The translations under genes were made by a program, and so were the position numbers. The notes beneath the pieces are model-generated. The model had not been told where the DNA came from. It saw nothing but the letters and a program-made list of their open reading frames with translations, and made no database searches. DNA of 64,000 nt from Deltaproteobacteria bacterium (GTDB lineage Bacteria > Myxococcota_A > UBA9160 > SMWR01), in the NCBI GenBank assembly GCA_032128115.1, contig JAQBHB010000041.1, positions 96,001 to 160,000 of the forward strand. Direction: 5' to 3'. Below are positions 22,748-32,301 of this stretch, one piece after another. The stretch's first letter is position 1. Every line of letters starts with the position of its first letter.

Positions 22748-24338
22748 GGGATCCCGAAGAGTGGACGTGGCGCCGGCGCAGAGCGAGGATTCCTGCACCT
22801 ACGAGTGTAATCCCGCTGATCGCCGCACCCGCGACGAAGTACTTCGGTCGGTAGATCATGACCAGATCGCGCTCGCCGGCGGGAAGATCGAGGGCGAGCT
22901 TGCCCTGCTCGTTTTCTGCGGGAAACGCGTCGATCCGCCACTCGGCGGCCCCCTTTCCCCAGCGGAAGGGAAATACCACGCGCCCGGGTTGGGCGACGCG
23001 CGCCCGATAGACCAGACGGTTGGGAGCGAAGGCCACCAGCTCCGCAGTGGCGCCGCCGGGCGTCCCCAATTGGATGGGAAGCGGGCGGTGATCCGTCGAC
23101 CGGAGAGGTTCGCCAAGGGCGGCGCGTTGCCACGGGAGACTCGCCGTGTAGAGACCGAACCCCGCCCCCGCCAGCAGCGCGAACGCCGCCGCCGGGACAC
23201 CGCGGGGCCAGCGCGCATGCGTGCGATCCCACAGCCGCTCGAGTCCCAGGGCCGAGATGAAGATCGACAACGAGATCGCCGGGAACAGCAATCGGGACGG
23301 GCCGCGCTGGCTGCGCCAGACCGGAAGCCCCTCGAGCCACGGCCAGGGCGACAGCGACCATTCGAGCGACAGCAGCGCGAAGATGCCGGCCACCACCCAC
23401 AACGCCCGGAAGCGCCGCGCCGATGCCAGCCCCACCGCGACACAGGCGAACGCGACCGGTCCCAGGTAGAAGGCGTACTCCCACCAACCGGCGCCGTGGC
23501 GGTAGTCGAGGCCCGGCACCGCGCTCCCCGGATGCTGGCCTCCCGCCACCAGGCTCGCCAACAACAGCGACGGCGGCATTCCGGGCACGCGGGCCGTGGG
23601 TGCATAGTCGGCGAACTCGGCCCACAGGGGCAGGATCTTCAGCGCGCCAAGCCCAAGCGTCGCCGCCACCACCTGGCCCCAGCGCACCACGGGAAACCAG
23701 GCGCGTACCGACAGGGCCCACACCACGGCGATCATCGAAAGCATCAGATTCTGCCAGACGAAGGGCTGGTGTTGTCCGCCGAAGATGGTGATGGCGTTCA
23801 GGGCCGCAGCAGCCCACAGCGCGGAAGCGCTACCCAGTGCGGCGCGTCGGTAGAGGGCCAGCAGCATCGGCAGCAGGAGACCACCCATGGCCCACGGGTG
23901 CCCTACACACAGGTGCGAGACGAAGAAACCCTGGAACGCGAAGATACCTCCGGCGAGGGCGGCGATCTCACGTCGCACGCCCACATCGCGCAGGAGCCAC
24001 ACGGTTCCCGCGAAGCCAGCCGCCGTGAAGACCACGAGTAACAACTTGATGTAGGCCCCGGTGGGCAGAAACCACAACAACGGAACCAGGGGGCCCAGGG
24101 CCGGCGACTCGGCGTTGGCCAGGAAATTCTTGGTGATCCAGGCGTCGTTCATGAACAGCGGAAGGGTTCCGAACTCGACGAGCGAGATGCGCACCCAGTC
24201 GAAGTAGCCGTAGTGGTGCGACGCCCAATCGTGGTGGTCCAGGGAGCCGCCGAACAGCAACGTCGAGTAGAACGCGACGGCGAGCACGCATCCGACGGCG
24301 AAGGCGGCCGCGAGTTCGCGGAGCGCGCCTCGGGTCAC
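22728..24338 (-). CDS. Polytopic membrane protein (YfhO/GT-C-like)
   Basis: TM-rich; DW..H, G.LP, FLANAES, PSR and PNRL, with a C-terminal Y.P followed by a TM helix. GTGA overlap with the decarboxylase stop. Confidence 0.6.
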   Translation of the reverse strand: MTRGALRELAAAFAVGCVLAVAFYSTLLFGGSLDHHDWASHHYGYFDWVRISLVEFGTLPLFMNDAWITKNFLANAESPALGPLVPLLWFLPTGAYIKLLLVVFTAAGFAGTVWLLRDVGVRREIAALAGGIFAFQGFFVSHLCVGHPWAMGGLLLPMLLALYRRAALGSASALWAAAALNAITIFGGQHQPFVWQNLMLSMIAVVWALSVRAWFPVVRWGQVVAATLGLGALKILPLWAEFADYAPTARVPGMPPSLLLASLVAGGQHPGSAVPGLDYRHGAGWWEYAFYLGPVAFACVAVGLASARRFRALWVVAGIFALLSLEWSLSPWPWLEGLPVWRSQRGPSRLLFPAISLSIFISALGLERLWDRTHARWPRGVPAAAFALLAGAGFGLYTASLPWQRAALGEPLRSTDHRPLPIQLGTPGGATAELVAFAPNRLVYRARVAQPGRVVFPFRWGKGAAEWRIDAFPAENEQGKLALDLPAGERDLVMIYRPKYFVAGAAISGITLVGAGILALRRRHVHSSGSHDRNVA

Positions 24339-26008
24339 CGGCCCCCCGCGGTGGCAAGACGCGCCGTGCGACTGGTCTCGCGGATGTAGCGCCGGCTCAC
24401 CGGGGACAGATCGTTGACGGGCGTGATGCACTCGATGATCACGAACCCGCTCAGCTTGTGCGCCTCGCCAAGGGCTTTGCAAAGCTCGTCCCGGTTCTCG
24501 ACCCGAACTCCCACGCCGCCCCACGCCCTGGCGAGCTCGGCGTAGGGCCAGGGCGGAATCTCCAGCAGATCCATACGCGGCGACACCGGACGGAAGATTC
24601 CCCACCCCGAGTTGTTCACCAGCACGACGATGGGCGACAGACCCCGGGCAGGCGCGTGGGAGATCTCGGGGCCCGTCATCTGGAAGCCCCCGTCGCCGCA
24701 CAGCACCAGGGGCCGCCGGCCCGTACCGATCTGGGCGCCCAGGGCCGCCGGGATCGCGAAGCCCATGGACGCGTAGTAGCCCTGTGCGAAATACAGGCCT
24801 CCCTCTCGTTGCCGGATCTCGAGGCCTCCGAAAAGCATGTCCCCCGATTCGGCGAACACATCGTAACCCCGGTGCGCCGCCAGGAACCCGTTCACCTCCA
24901 GCAACAGGTCATTGATGCTGAGGGGCTTCGACTTGCCCGTGTTCCCGCGCTTCAGGTTGTCGTGGTAGGTCACCTTCTCCCGGAAACGGGGCAGCTTTGC
25001 ACGCCGCAGGCTGGCGACGAAGTCCGCCACCGTCACGTCGGTGTAGGTGTGGTGAGAGATGTTGACGCGCTGACCGGCGGCCCAGATCGAGCGCTCCCGT
25101 TTCACCTGGGGCCTGGCGGCGCCCAGATTCATGTCCGTGAGCTGACTTCCCAACGACAACACCAGGTCTGCGCTCCGCACCCGTTTCTGGATCGCCGGCG
25201 GGCTGAAGGGCCCGATGTGGATCCCCATGTGAAGGGGGTGATCCATGGGAAACACGCCCTTGGCCAGCAGCGTGGTCAGCACGGGCGCGCCCAGCTTCTC
25301 CGCCAGGCTCCGGAACCCGTGCTCCGCCCGCTCCCGGTGGAGCTCGACGCCACCGATCAGGACCGGCCGCTTTGCCGCCTCGAGCCGCTCCACCGTGTCG
25401 GCCACGGCCTCGAGAAGCTTGCGGCGATCCGACCTGGGCCTCGAGAAGCTGCCGTCCCATTCGACGATGTGTCGAGGTACGGGAATCGGAATGTTCACCA
25501 TGTCGCGGTGAATCTCCAGGTAGCCGGGCCGGTGCTCTCTTCGGATCTTGCGCACCGCCTCATGCACCTGCTCCGCCGCAAGCTCCGGGTGCTTCAGGAT
25601 CCCCGCCGTGCAGGTCACCTCGGCGAACATCCGGGCCTGGGATTCCACGTCCTTCACCTGGTGGTGCACGCCACCCAGCTTCTGCTCGGCATCGCTGGGA
25701 CCCCCCGACACCACCAGCAGGGGCACCTGCTCGGCGTAGGCTCCGGCCACGGGGTTCAGCACGTTGTGGCCACCGGCCCCGTAGGTGACGCATACGACTC
25801 CCAGGCGCCGGGTGCTGCGCGCGTAGCCATCCGCGGCGAAACCCACCGCCGGCTCGTGGGAGAAGGTGACGATCGAAAGATCCCGGGCCTGACCGAAGCG
25901 GTGGAACAAACCCAACACCAGGTCACCGGGAAGCCCGAAGATGTGGGTGACACCCGCGCGTCGCAGATACGCGACCAGGAAGTCACCGAGCGGCATGCGC
26001 GATCGCAT
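24335..26008 (-). CDS. TPP-dependent alpha-keto acid decarboxylase (indolepyruvate/phenylpyruvate decarboxylase family)
   Basis: IFGLPGD, SHEPAVGFAADG, HHQ, GYYASMGF and GDGGFQMTG...NN. Confidence 0.85.
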   Translation of the reverse strand: MRSRMPLGDFLVAYLRRAGVTHIFGLPGDLVLGLFHRFGQARDLSIVTFSHEPAVGFAADGYARSTRRLGVVCVTYGAGGHNVLNPVAGAYAEQVPLLVVSGGPSDAEQKLGGVHHQVKDVESQARMFAEVTCTAGILKHPELAAEQVHEAVRKIRREHRPGYLEIHRDMVNIPIPVPRHIVEWDGSFSRPRSDRRKLLEAVADTVERLEAAKRPVLIGGVELHRERAEHGFRSLAEKLGAPVLTTLLAKGVFPMDHPLHMGIHIGPFSPPAIQKRVRSADLVLSLGSQLTDMNLGAARPQVKRERSIWAAGQRVNISHHTYTDVTVADFVASLRRAKLPRFREKVTYHDNLKRGNTGKSKPLSINDLLLEVNGFLAAHRGYDVFAESGDMLFGGLEIRQREGGLYFAQGYYASMGFAIPAALGAQIGTGRRPLVLCGDGGFQMTGPEISHAPARGLSPIVVLVNNSGWGIFRPVSPRMDLLEIPPWPYAELARAWGGVGVRVENRDELCKALGEAHKLSGFVIIECITPVNDLSPVSRRYIRETSRTARLATAGGR

Positions 26009-26157
26009 GTCGGATGAACCTCTGCCCTGTGCGGCGGAGCCGAGCCTAGCTCGCTCTGCCGGGTACGCCTGCCACACGAGGAGCCGAGACCGGCTCGCGC
26101 CCGCCTCCCGGCGGGGCGGGTCCGCTACGATCCGGCCTCCAGAACCCCGGACGGACC

Positions 26158-28227
26158 ATGTCCACGGCCACAGATCCGAGAGCGCGCGGCACCAGCCACC
26201 TGTTCATGGTGGGGGTCGCCACCGCGTGTGGGCTGGCGGGGGCCTTCGGCGCCGTCGTCTTCCGTTTCATGATCGCCTTCGTCCAATCCGTCTTCTTCGA
26301 GGGCTGGGCGGGTCTCGAGGCGCTGTTCGAGCGCGGCCTGCTGGCCGAGATCCACGACCCGCTGGCGGCCGCCCAGTCCCTGGATTGGTACTGGCGATTG
26401 TTGCTGCCGGCCATCGGCGGCCTGATCGTGGGTCCCCTGATCTACCGGTTCGCCCGCGAGGCCAAGGGCCACGGCGTTCCCGAGGTGATGGCGGCCGTGG
26501 CGCTGCGTGGCGGCGTGATCCGGCGACGCGTGGTCGCCGTAAAGGCTCTGGCCTCGGCCATCAGCATCGGCTCCGGGGGCTCGGTGGGCCGAGAGGGTCC
26601 CATCGTCCATATCGCCTCTGCGCTCGGGTCGAGCATTGGACAGCTGCTGCGGGTTCCGGCCAGTCAGCTCCGCACCCTCGTCGGGTGCGGCGCCGCCGCC
26701 GGCATCGCCGCCACCTTCAACGCGCCGATCGCCGGCGCGCTGTTCGCGGCCGAAATCGTGGTGGGCAATTTCGCCGTGGCGCAGCTGTCGCCGATCGTGA
26801 TCTCTTCAGTGGTGGCGACCGTGGTGTCGCGCTTCTTCCTGGGCAACCACCCCGCCTTCGTGGTGCCCCCCTACGAGCTGGTGAGCCCGTTCGAGCTGCT
26901 GCCCTATGTGGTGGCGGGTCTGATGGCGGGAATCGTCGCGGTCGTGTTCATGCGTTCGCTCTACTTCAGCGAGGACGCCTTCGAGCGCTTCCCCATCCCC
27001 GAGTGGTCGCGCGCCGCCGTGGGCGGACTCCTGGTGGGCGCCATCGGCATCTCGCTGCCGAACGTCTTCGGAGTGGGATACAGCACCATCAACCTGGCGC
27101 TGGTGGGGGGGATCCCGGTAGCGACCCTGGGAATCCTGCTGCTGGCCAAGATCGCGGCCACCTCGCTCACGATCGGATCCGGCGGATCCGGCGGCATCTT
27201 CGCCCCGTCCCTGTTCTTGGGGGCCGTCACCGGCGGCTTCATCGGAACCTTCGTCCACCAGTGGTTCCCCGACGCGACGGCCTCCTCGGGCGCCTACGCC
27301 CTGGTGACCATGGGGGCGGTGGTGGCCGCCGCCACCCATGCTCCGATCACCGCCATCATCATGATCTTCGAGCTCACCCAGACCATCAACATCATTCCAC
27401 CGCTGATGGCCGCGTGCGTCGTGAGCACCCTGGTCTCGACCTTCCTGGAGCGCGATTCGATCTACACCATGAAACTCAGGCGGCGCGGGATCAACCTGTA
27501 CGAAGAGGAGGAGCAGAACGTGCTGCGGAGCCTCTTCGTGCGTGACATCCTGGATCGCGAGCCCGAGCTGCTGCCGGCCAATGCAAGCTTCCAGACCGTG
27601 GTGGAGCGGGTGCTCGCCAGCAACCGCACCGAGTTCTTCGTGGTGACCGAGAGACGGGAAATACTGGGAATGATCCACCTGCGCGAGCTGATACGCATGT
27701 TGGTGGAGCAGGACGCCCTGAAGGGAATCGTGGTGGCCGACGATCTGATGGAGAGCGACCAGCCCACGGTGACCGAGGACGACGATCTCCACGTCGTGAT
27801 CCAGATGTTCAGCCACGGGCTCGCCGAGGAGATCCCGGTGGTAGAGGCCGGCAACGACAAGAAGCTGGTGGGCAGCGTCCACAAGCGCGACGTGATCCAC
27901 GCCTACAACCAGGAGGTGCTGCGCCGTGATCTGGCGGGCTCGATCCAGAGCACGGTGATCGTAGCCAGCAAGGGACAACAGGTGGAACTGGGTGGCGGAT
28001 ACGTGCTGCAGGAGGTGCAGCCGCCCCCGCGCTTCTTCGGGAACACGATCCGCGAACTCGCCATCGCCTCGCGCACCGGGGCGCAGGTGGTGTTGCTGCG
28101 AAAACGCGAAACGGCCGACGGCCGACCCATGCTGCGCGTCGCCAGCGGCGACGACATCATCGACGAGGGAGACCGGCTGGTCGTCGCCGGCACCAAAGCC
28201 GCGGTCGAATCCCTGGACGCGATCTAG
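26158..28227 (+). CDS. ClC-family chloride channel/antiporter with CBS pair and C-terminal TrkA-C (RCK_C) domain
   Basis: GHGVP, GREGP, FNAP and GGIFAP, then CBS repeats and a GDRLVVAG C-terminus. Confidence 0.93.
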   Translation: MSTATDPRARGTSHLFMVGVATACGLAGAFGAVVFRFMIAFVQSVFFEGWAGLEALFERGLLAEIHDPLAAAQSLDWYWRLLLPAIGGLIVGPLIYRFAREAKGHGVPEVMAAVALRGGVIRRRVVAVKALASAISIGSGGSVGREGPIVHIASALGSSIGQLLRVPASQLRTLVGCGAAAGIAATFNAPIAGALFAAEIVVGNFAVAQLSPIVISSVVATVVSRFFLGNHPAFVVPPYELVSPFELLPYVVAGLMAGIVAVVFMRSLYFSEDAFERFPIPEWSRAAVGGLLVGAIGISLPNVFGVGYSTINLALVGGIPVATLGILLLAKIAATSLTIGSGGSGGIFAPSLFLGAVTGGFIGTFVHQWFPDATASSGAYALVTMGAVVAAATHAPITAIIMIFELTQTINIIPPLMAACVVSTLVSTFLERDSIYTMKLRRRGINLYEEEEQNVLRSLFVRDILDREPELLPANASFQTVVERVLASNRTEFFVVTERREILGMIHLRELIRMLVEQDALKGIVVADDLMESDQPTVTEDDDLHVVIQMFSHGLAEEIPVVEAGNDKKLVGSVHKRDVIHAYNQEVLRRDLAGSIQSTVIVASKGQQVELGGGYVLQEVQPPPRFFGNTIRELAIASRTGAQVVLLRKRETADGRPMLRVASGDDIIDEGDRLVVAGTKAAVESLDAI

Positions 28228-28234
28228 CTCTAGA

Positions 28235-28325
28235 ATGGGGACGGGGTTGACTATTGACTTTTCGGCCCGCGCATCGGAATTGCCACCGGTCCCCTCGAAA
28301 AGTCAATAGTCAACCCCGTCCCCAT
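28235..28325. repeat. Perfect 30-bp inverted repeat with 31-nt spacer (REPIN/MITE-like)
   Basis: ATGGGGACGGGGTTGACTATTGACTTTTCG (28235-28264) and its exact reverse complement (28296-28325), between convergent genes. Confidence 0.9.
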
Positions 28326-28326
28326 C

Positions 28327-28890
28327 TCAGAGAGCCTGGTCGATCACCAGGGTGATGCCGCGGTCGCCGGGGTCGAAGCTGCCCGGGGCCACGCCGTTCA
28401 GGTCGCCCGGGGATCTGGTGGTGGCGTTTCCATCCTGGTCGACGCGCGCGCTCAGGGTGAGCGGCCCGGCGAAGGGCATCGCCTCGATCATCCGATCCTC
28501 GGGACCGATCGAAAACTCGAGCGGAAAACTGGGGCGGGGAACGCGCACCACCGCCAGGGGCGGGCCACCGTCGCCGCGCCGAGCGACCAGGAAGAGCACC
28601 GCATCGGGCGGCACCCGGTCGGCCAGCTCCGGCGCCAGGCGGACGATTCCCTCCAATGGCGCAGACGACGAGACCACGGGCGCCGCGCCGCGGCCTCCCT
28701 GGAGAGAGGGAGCGGGCGGCATCTCGGCCACCGGCGCTGCGGGTTCAGAGCCGGCCGGGAAGATCGCGGAGAGATCCGGCTCCTCGGGCTCTTCCGAGGG
28801 ATCGAAGGGTTCGACGGCACGATCGCAGGCCGCCAGTCCGATGGCAGCGGAAACGGTCAGGACGACGAAGGCGAAGCGCAGACCCACCAT
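28327..28890 (-). CDS. Lipoprotein with CcmI/CycH C-terminal Ig-like domain
   Basis: Lipobox LAAC; VLFLVAR..GPPLAV.R..FPLEF.IG.ED.M...ARVD.DG.A..PGDL. Confidence 0.75.
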   Translation of the reverse strand: MVGLRFAFVVLTVSAAIGLAACDRAVEPFDPSEEPEEPDLSAIFPAGSEPAAPVAEMPPAPSLQGGRGAAPVVSSSAPLEGIVRLAPELADRVPPDAVLFLVARRGDGGPPLAVVRVPRPSFPLEFSIGPEDRMIEAMPFAGPLTLSARVDQDGNATTRSPGDLNGVAPGSFDPGDRGITLVIDQAL

Positions 28891-28952
28891 GGGCGCACGA
28901 CGCTAGCACGACGTCCTCTGGACTGCGTTCGCCGCCGGCGCACCGCGCGCTC

Positions 28953-30128
28953 CTACGGCGCCTGCAATCCGCGCTCGTCTGCCGCGAGCACGAAGCCCAA
29001 CAGGTAGGCGAGGGTTCCATCGAGCGCGTCTTCATGGACTCGATCCCGGGAGTCGCGCCACGAGTGCAGGCCACGGGTGAACCGCACTCCGGGTTCGGCC
29101 GACACCAGGGTCGCGGCCGGAATTCCGGCTGCGAGGAAGGAGTGCGCGTCGGTGGCGCCGCCGAAAGTCGTCACCACCAGGGGCGTGCCGAAGCGCTCGC
29201 GGTGCTGCTCATCGAGGAGCGCAACGATCCGGGGATCGGGCGGGTAGTCGCTCAATGTGCTGCGCTCGTGCCCAAGCACCGCGTGTGCGCGAGAAGCGCC
29301 GATCCCCTCCAGGTTGACGACGAACGTGGGAATCTCCGGGGGCTCCGGGTACTCGATCGCTACGAATTCCAGGGATCCCTGGCGTCCCACTTCTTCCGCC
29401 GACAACAGGGCGATCTCCACCTGGGTCCGCTCGAGCGCCGGCAGCCCGGCGATCTCCAGCGCCAGTCGGGCCAGCACCGCACAAGCCCCCCCGTCGTCCA
29501 GGGCCCCGGGGCTCCGACGGGGAACGAATGCCCCCGCCGAGAGCGTCACGAACAGGGCCACTCCCAGAAGACCCCCGACCACCGCCACGCCCCGCACCAG
29601 GTGTCGGCGAAGCCGTGTGGCCGGGCCGCCCCACAGGGCGGCGCCGGCGCCCAGGATCATCAGGAACGCCATGGGCAGAGCTGCCAACTCCACGGGAGCG
29701 CGTTGCACGTGGTCGAGAGCGTCGGTCTTGGTGTCGTAGTGGGCCGTGAAGAGCAGACGCTGTTGGACAGCCTCGACGGGAAAGCGCGCCACCACGTGGT
29801 GCTGCTCGCGCGCGCCGATCCACGAGAACAGCGGAACGTGGAGTTCGAGCTGCGCCAGCAGCAGCGCGGGCAACGCGAGCGCCACCACCAGGGCCCAAGC
29901 GTGGCGTCCGCCCCACATCAGGCGCGCGTACAGCAGGCTCCCGGCCAGGGCCACGACGCCCGCCAACCGCAGCCCGTAGGGCTCGGCTGCGAAGGCCACC
30001 CGTTCCGCCGCGACGCCCGAACGGTCGAGGAACTCCAGAAGGAAGCTGGCGGTCTGGTCGAGAGCCGCAGTCCCGTTCTCCCGGGGCACCTCGGTCAGGT
30101 GCTTCAGCAGCTCGTCCCAGCGTGTCAT
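28953..30128 (-). CDS. Membrane-embedded M28 family peptidase
   Basis: AHYDT, GALDD, AEEVG, VNLE, TD and LH Zn-ligand pattern interrupted by TM helices. Confidence 0.85.
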   Translation of the reverse strand: MTRWDELLKHLTEVPRENGTAALDQTASFLLEFLDRSGVAAERVAFAAEPYGLRLAGVVALAGSLLYARLMWGGRHAWALVVALALPALLLAQLELHVPLFSWIGAREQHHVVARFPVEAVQQRLLFTAHYDTKTDALDHVQRAPVELAALPMAFLMILGAGAALWGGPATRLRRHLVRGVAVVGGLLGVALFVTLSAGAFVPRRSPGALDDGGACAVLARLALEIAGLPALERTQVEIALLSAEEVGRQGSLEFVAIEYPEPPEIPTFVVNLEGIGASRAHAVLGHERSTLSDYPPDPRIVALLDEQHRERFGTPLVVTTFGGATDAHSFLAAGIPAATLVSAEPGVRFTRGLHSWRDSRDRVHEDALDGTLAYLLGFVLAADERGLQAP

Positions 30129-30161
30129 GGGAAGTGAAACACGATCCGAAGCGCTCCTGCA

Positions 30162-30190
30162 TTGAGTGCGGTGAATGCGGGTGATAGGCT
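30162..30190 (+). promoter_or_regulatory. Putative sigma70 promoter of the thiC leader
   Basis: TTGAGT-N17-TAGGCT with an extended TG, immediately 5' of the TPP riboswitch. Confidence 0.6.
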
Positions 30191-30202
30191 ATCGGAAACT
30201 GC

Positions 30203-30287
30203 GGAGCCTAGGGGTGGCCGGCTGCTCCCGGCCTGAGATCAGACCCTTCGAACCTGAACTCGTTAGCACGAGCGTAGGCAAGGCTTC
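30203..30287 (+). ncRNA. TPP riboswitch (THI element)
   Basis: CTAGGGGTG..CTGAGAT..ACCCTTCGAACCTGA..AGCGTAGG core directly upstream of thiC. Confidence 0.93.
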
Positions 30288-30359
30288 TCGAGGCATGGCC
30301 CCCGCTGTCTCGCGGCGCTCCGCCCCCACCAGGGCCTTCGGGCCCGGGAGTGTCACGTC

Positions 30360-32162
30360 ATGGCTGTGTCGAAACCCCCGATCGAATCCAGGCAGCAACG
30401 AAATTGGCGGCTTCCGCCCGTCGGGGGAAACCCGGGAACGACGCCCTCCACCACCACGCCGGGAAGTTTCGCCAATCCGAGCCAGCTGGGCAGCCCGTTG
30501 TCGTTCAGCTCGCCCGACACCCCCGGCATGCCCGCGCCCTCGGAGCGAACCGCCTGGGATTTCATGCCCGCCGACTGGAGCCTCGTGAACGGACGCTGGG
30601 CGCCCCCGGCGGGCTTCGTGGCCATTACCCAGCTGGAGCATGCGCGCCTGGGACACATCAGCCCGGAGATGGGCCGCGTGGCCGAGCGCGAGCCGCACCT
30701 CACGCCGGCGATGGTGCGCGACGAGGTGGCAGCGGGGCGGATGGTGATTCCCGCCAACCTGAAGCACCTGGAGCTCGATCTCGATCCCATGGCCATCGGC
30801 CGGGCAAGCCTCACCAAGATCAACGCCAACATGGGCGCGTCACCGGTGAGCAGCGGCACCGACGAGGAGCTCGAGAAGCTGCGCTTCGCCGAGCGCTGGG
30901 GCGCCGACACCGTAATGGATCTGTCCACCGGCGGGGATCTCGACGCCACTCGCGAGGCGATCATTCGCGGCTCCACGGTCCCCATCGGAACCGTCCCCAT
31001 CTATTCCATGATCGTGGGCCGCAAGCTCGAAGACCTCGACGCCGAGACGGTTATCTCGTCGCTGGAACACCAGGCCCGCCAGGGGGTGGACTACTTCACC
31101 ATCCATGCAGGCGTATTGCGTGAGCACCTGCCCTTCGTGCGCAATCGCACCATCGGGATCGTGAGTCGTGGCGGTTCCCTGCTGGCGAAGTGGATGCTGG
31201 ACAACCAGCGCCAGAACCTCATGTACGAGATCTGGGACGACATCTGCGATGTGCTCCGCCGCCACGACGTGACGTTTTCCATCGGCGACGGCCTGCGGCC
31301 GGGCGGCCTGGCCGACGCCACTGACGAAGCCCAGCTGCGGGAGCTCGAGACGCTGGGTGAACTCACCGAGCGGGCCTGGCGCCACGGCTGCCAGGTGATG
31401 ATCGAAGGGCCGGGCCACGTGCCGATCGACCAGATCGAGTTCAACATGAAGCTCGAGCGCCGCATTTGCCACGGCGCTCCCTTCTACGTGCTGGGCCCGC
31501 TGGTCACCGACATCTTCCCAGGCTACGACCACATCACGAGCTGCATCGGCGCCACCATGGCCGCCTATCACGGCGCCTCCATGCTCTGCTACGTGACTCC
31601 CAAGGAGCACCTGGGACTCCCCAACAAAGACGACGTGAAGCAGGGCGTGATCGCCTACAAGATCGCGGCCCACGCCGCAGACATCGCCCTGGGCATCCCG
31701 GGCGCGCGCGACCGGGACGACGAGCTCACCAAGGCCCGCGCCGCACTCAACTGGGAGAAGCACTTCGAGCTGGCCTACGACACCGACACGGCGCGCGCGT
31801 ATCACGACGAAGACATGGACGTGGACACGGACTTCTGCGCCATGTGCGGACACGACTGGTGTGCGGTGCGCATCAGCCGGGAAATCGAGGAGTTCGTGAG
31901 CGGCAAGGACGAGCACTACGCCTGGGATGGCCCCCGGGTGAGCGCGGCGCTGACACCCGAGCAGCGCGAGATCCTGGAGAAGCGCGGCGCCCTGGAACCG
32001 CAAGAGATCCACCGGCTCGCCCACAAGACGCGCCAGGCCATGGACACCCGCAAGGGGCAACCGGCGGCCTGCCACAGCGAGTCCAGCGCCACGGATCGGG
32101 CCCAGGAGCTGCAGGCGGAAAAGCTCGATCCGGTGACGCTTCAGCCCCGGGTCCAGGCTTGA
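30360..32162 (+). CDS. thiC: Phosphomethylpyrimidine synthase
   Basis: [40 protein letters not shown] and CAMCGHDWC. Confidence 0.96.
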   Translation: MAVSKPPIESRQQRNWRLPPVGGNPGTTPSTTTPGSFANPSQLGSPLSFSSPDTPGMPAPSERTAWDFMPADWSLVNGRWAPPAGFVAITQLEHARLGHISPEMGRVAEREPHLTPAMVRDEVAAGRMVIPANLKHLELDLDPMAIGRASLTKINANMGASPVSSGTDEELEKLRFAERWGADTVMDLSTGGDLDATREAIIRGSTVPIGTVPIYSMIVGRKLEDLDAETVISSLEHQARQGVDYFTIHAGVLREHLPFVRNRTIGIVSRGGSLLAKWMLDNQRQNLMYEIWDDICDVLRRHDVTFSIGDGLRPGGLADATDEAQLRELETLGELTERAWRHGCQVMIEGPGHVPIDQIEFNMKLERRICHGAPFYVLGPLVTDIFPGYDHITSCIGATMAAYHGASMLCYVTPKEHLGLPNKDDVKQGVIAYKIAAHAADIALGIPGARDRDDELTKARAALNWEKHFELAYDTDTARAYHDEDMDVDTDFCAMCGHDWCAVRISREIEEFVSGKDEHYAWDGPRVSAALTPEQREILEKRGALEPQEIHRLAHKTRQAMDTRKGQPAACHSESSATDRAQELQAEKLDPVTLQPRVQA

Positions 32163-32170
32163 AACAAGAC

Positions 32171-32200
32171 CGCCCCGGGACCACGAGGTCCCGGGGCGTT
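32171..32200 (+). terminator. Hairpin after thiC (putative terminator)
   Basis: CGCCCCGGGACC-ACGA-GGTCCCGGGGCG forms a 12-bp perfect stem with only a short U tail. Confidence 0.6.
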
Positions 32201-32301
32201 CCGTCCGAGCCTCACCCCCCCAGATTTGGCTCAGATCTGATGTCTCGTTTCGGAGTTTGCTGCACTGACTTGAGCACTTTCTGCCCATGGGGTGCCCACC
32301 G

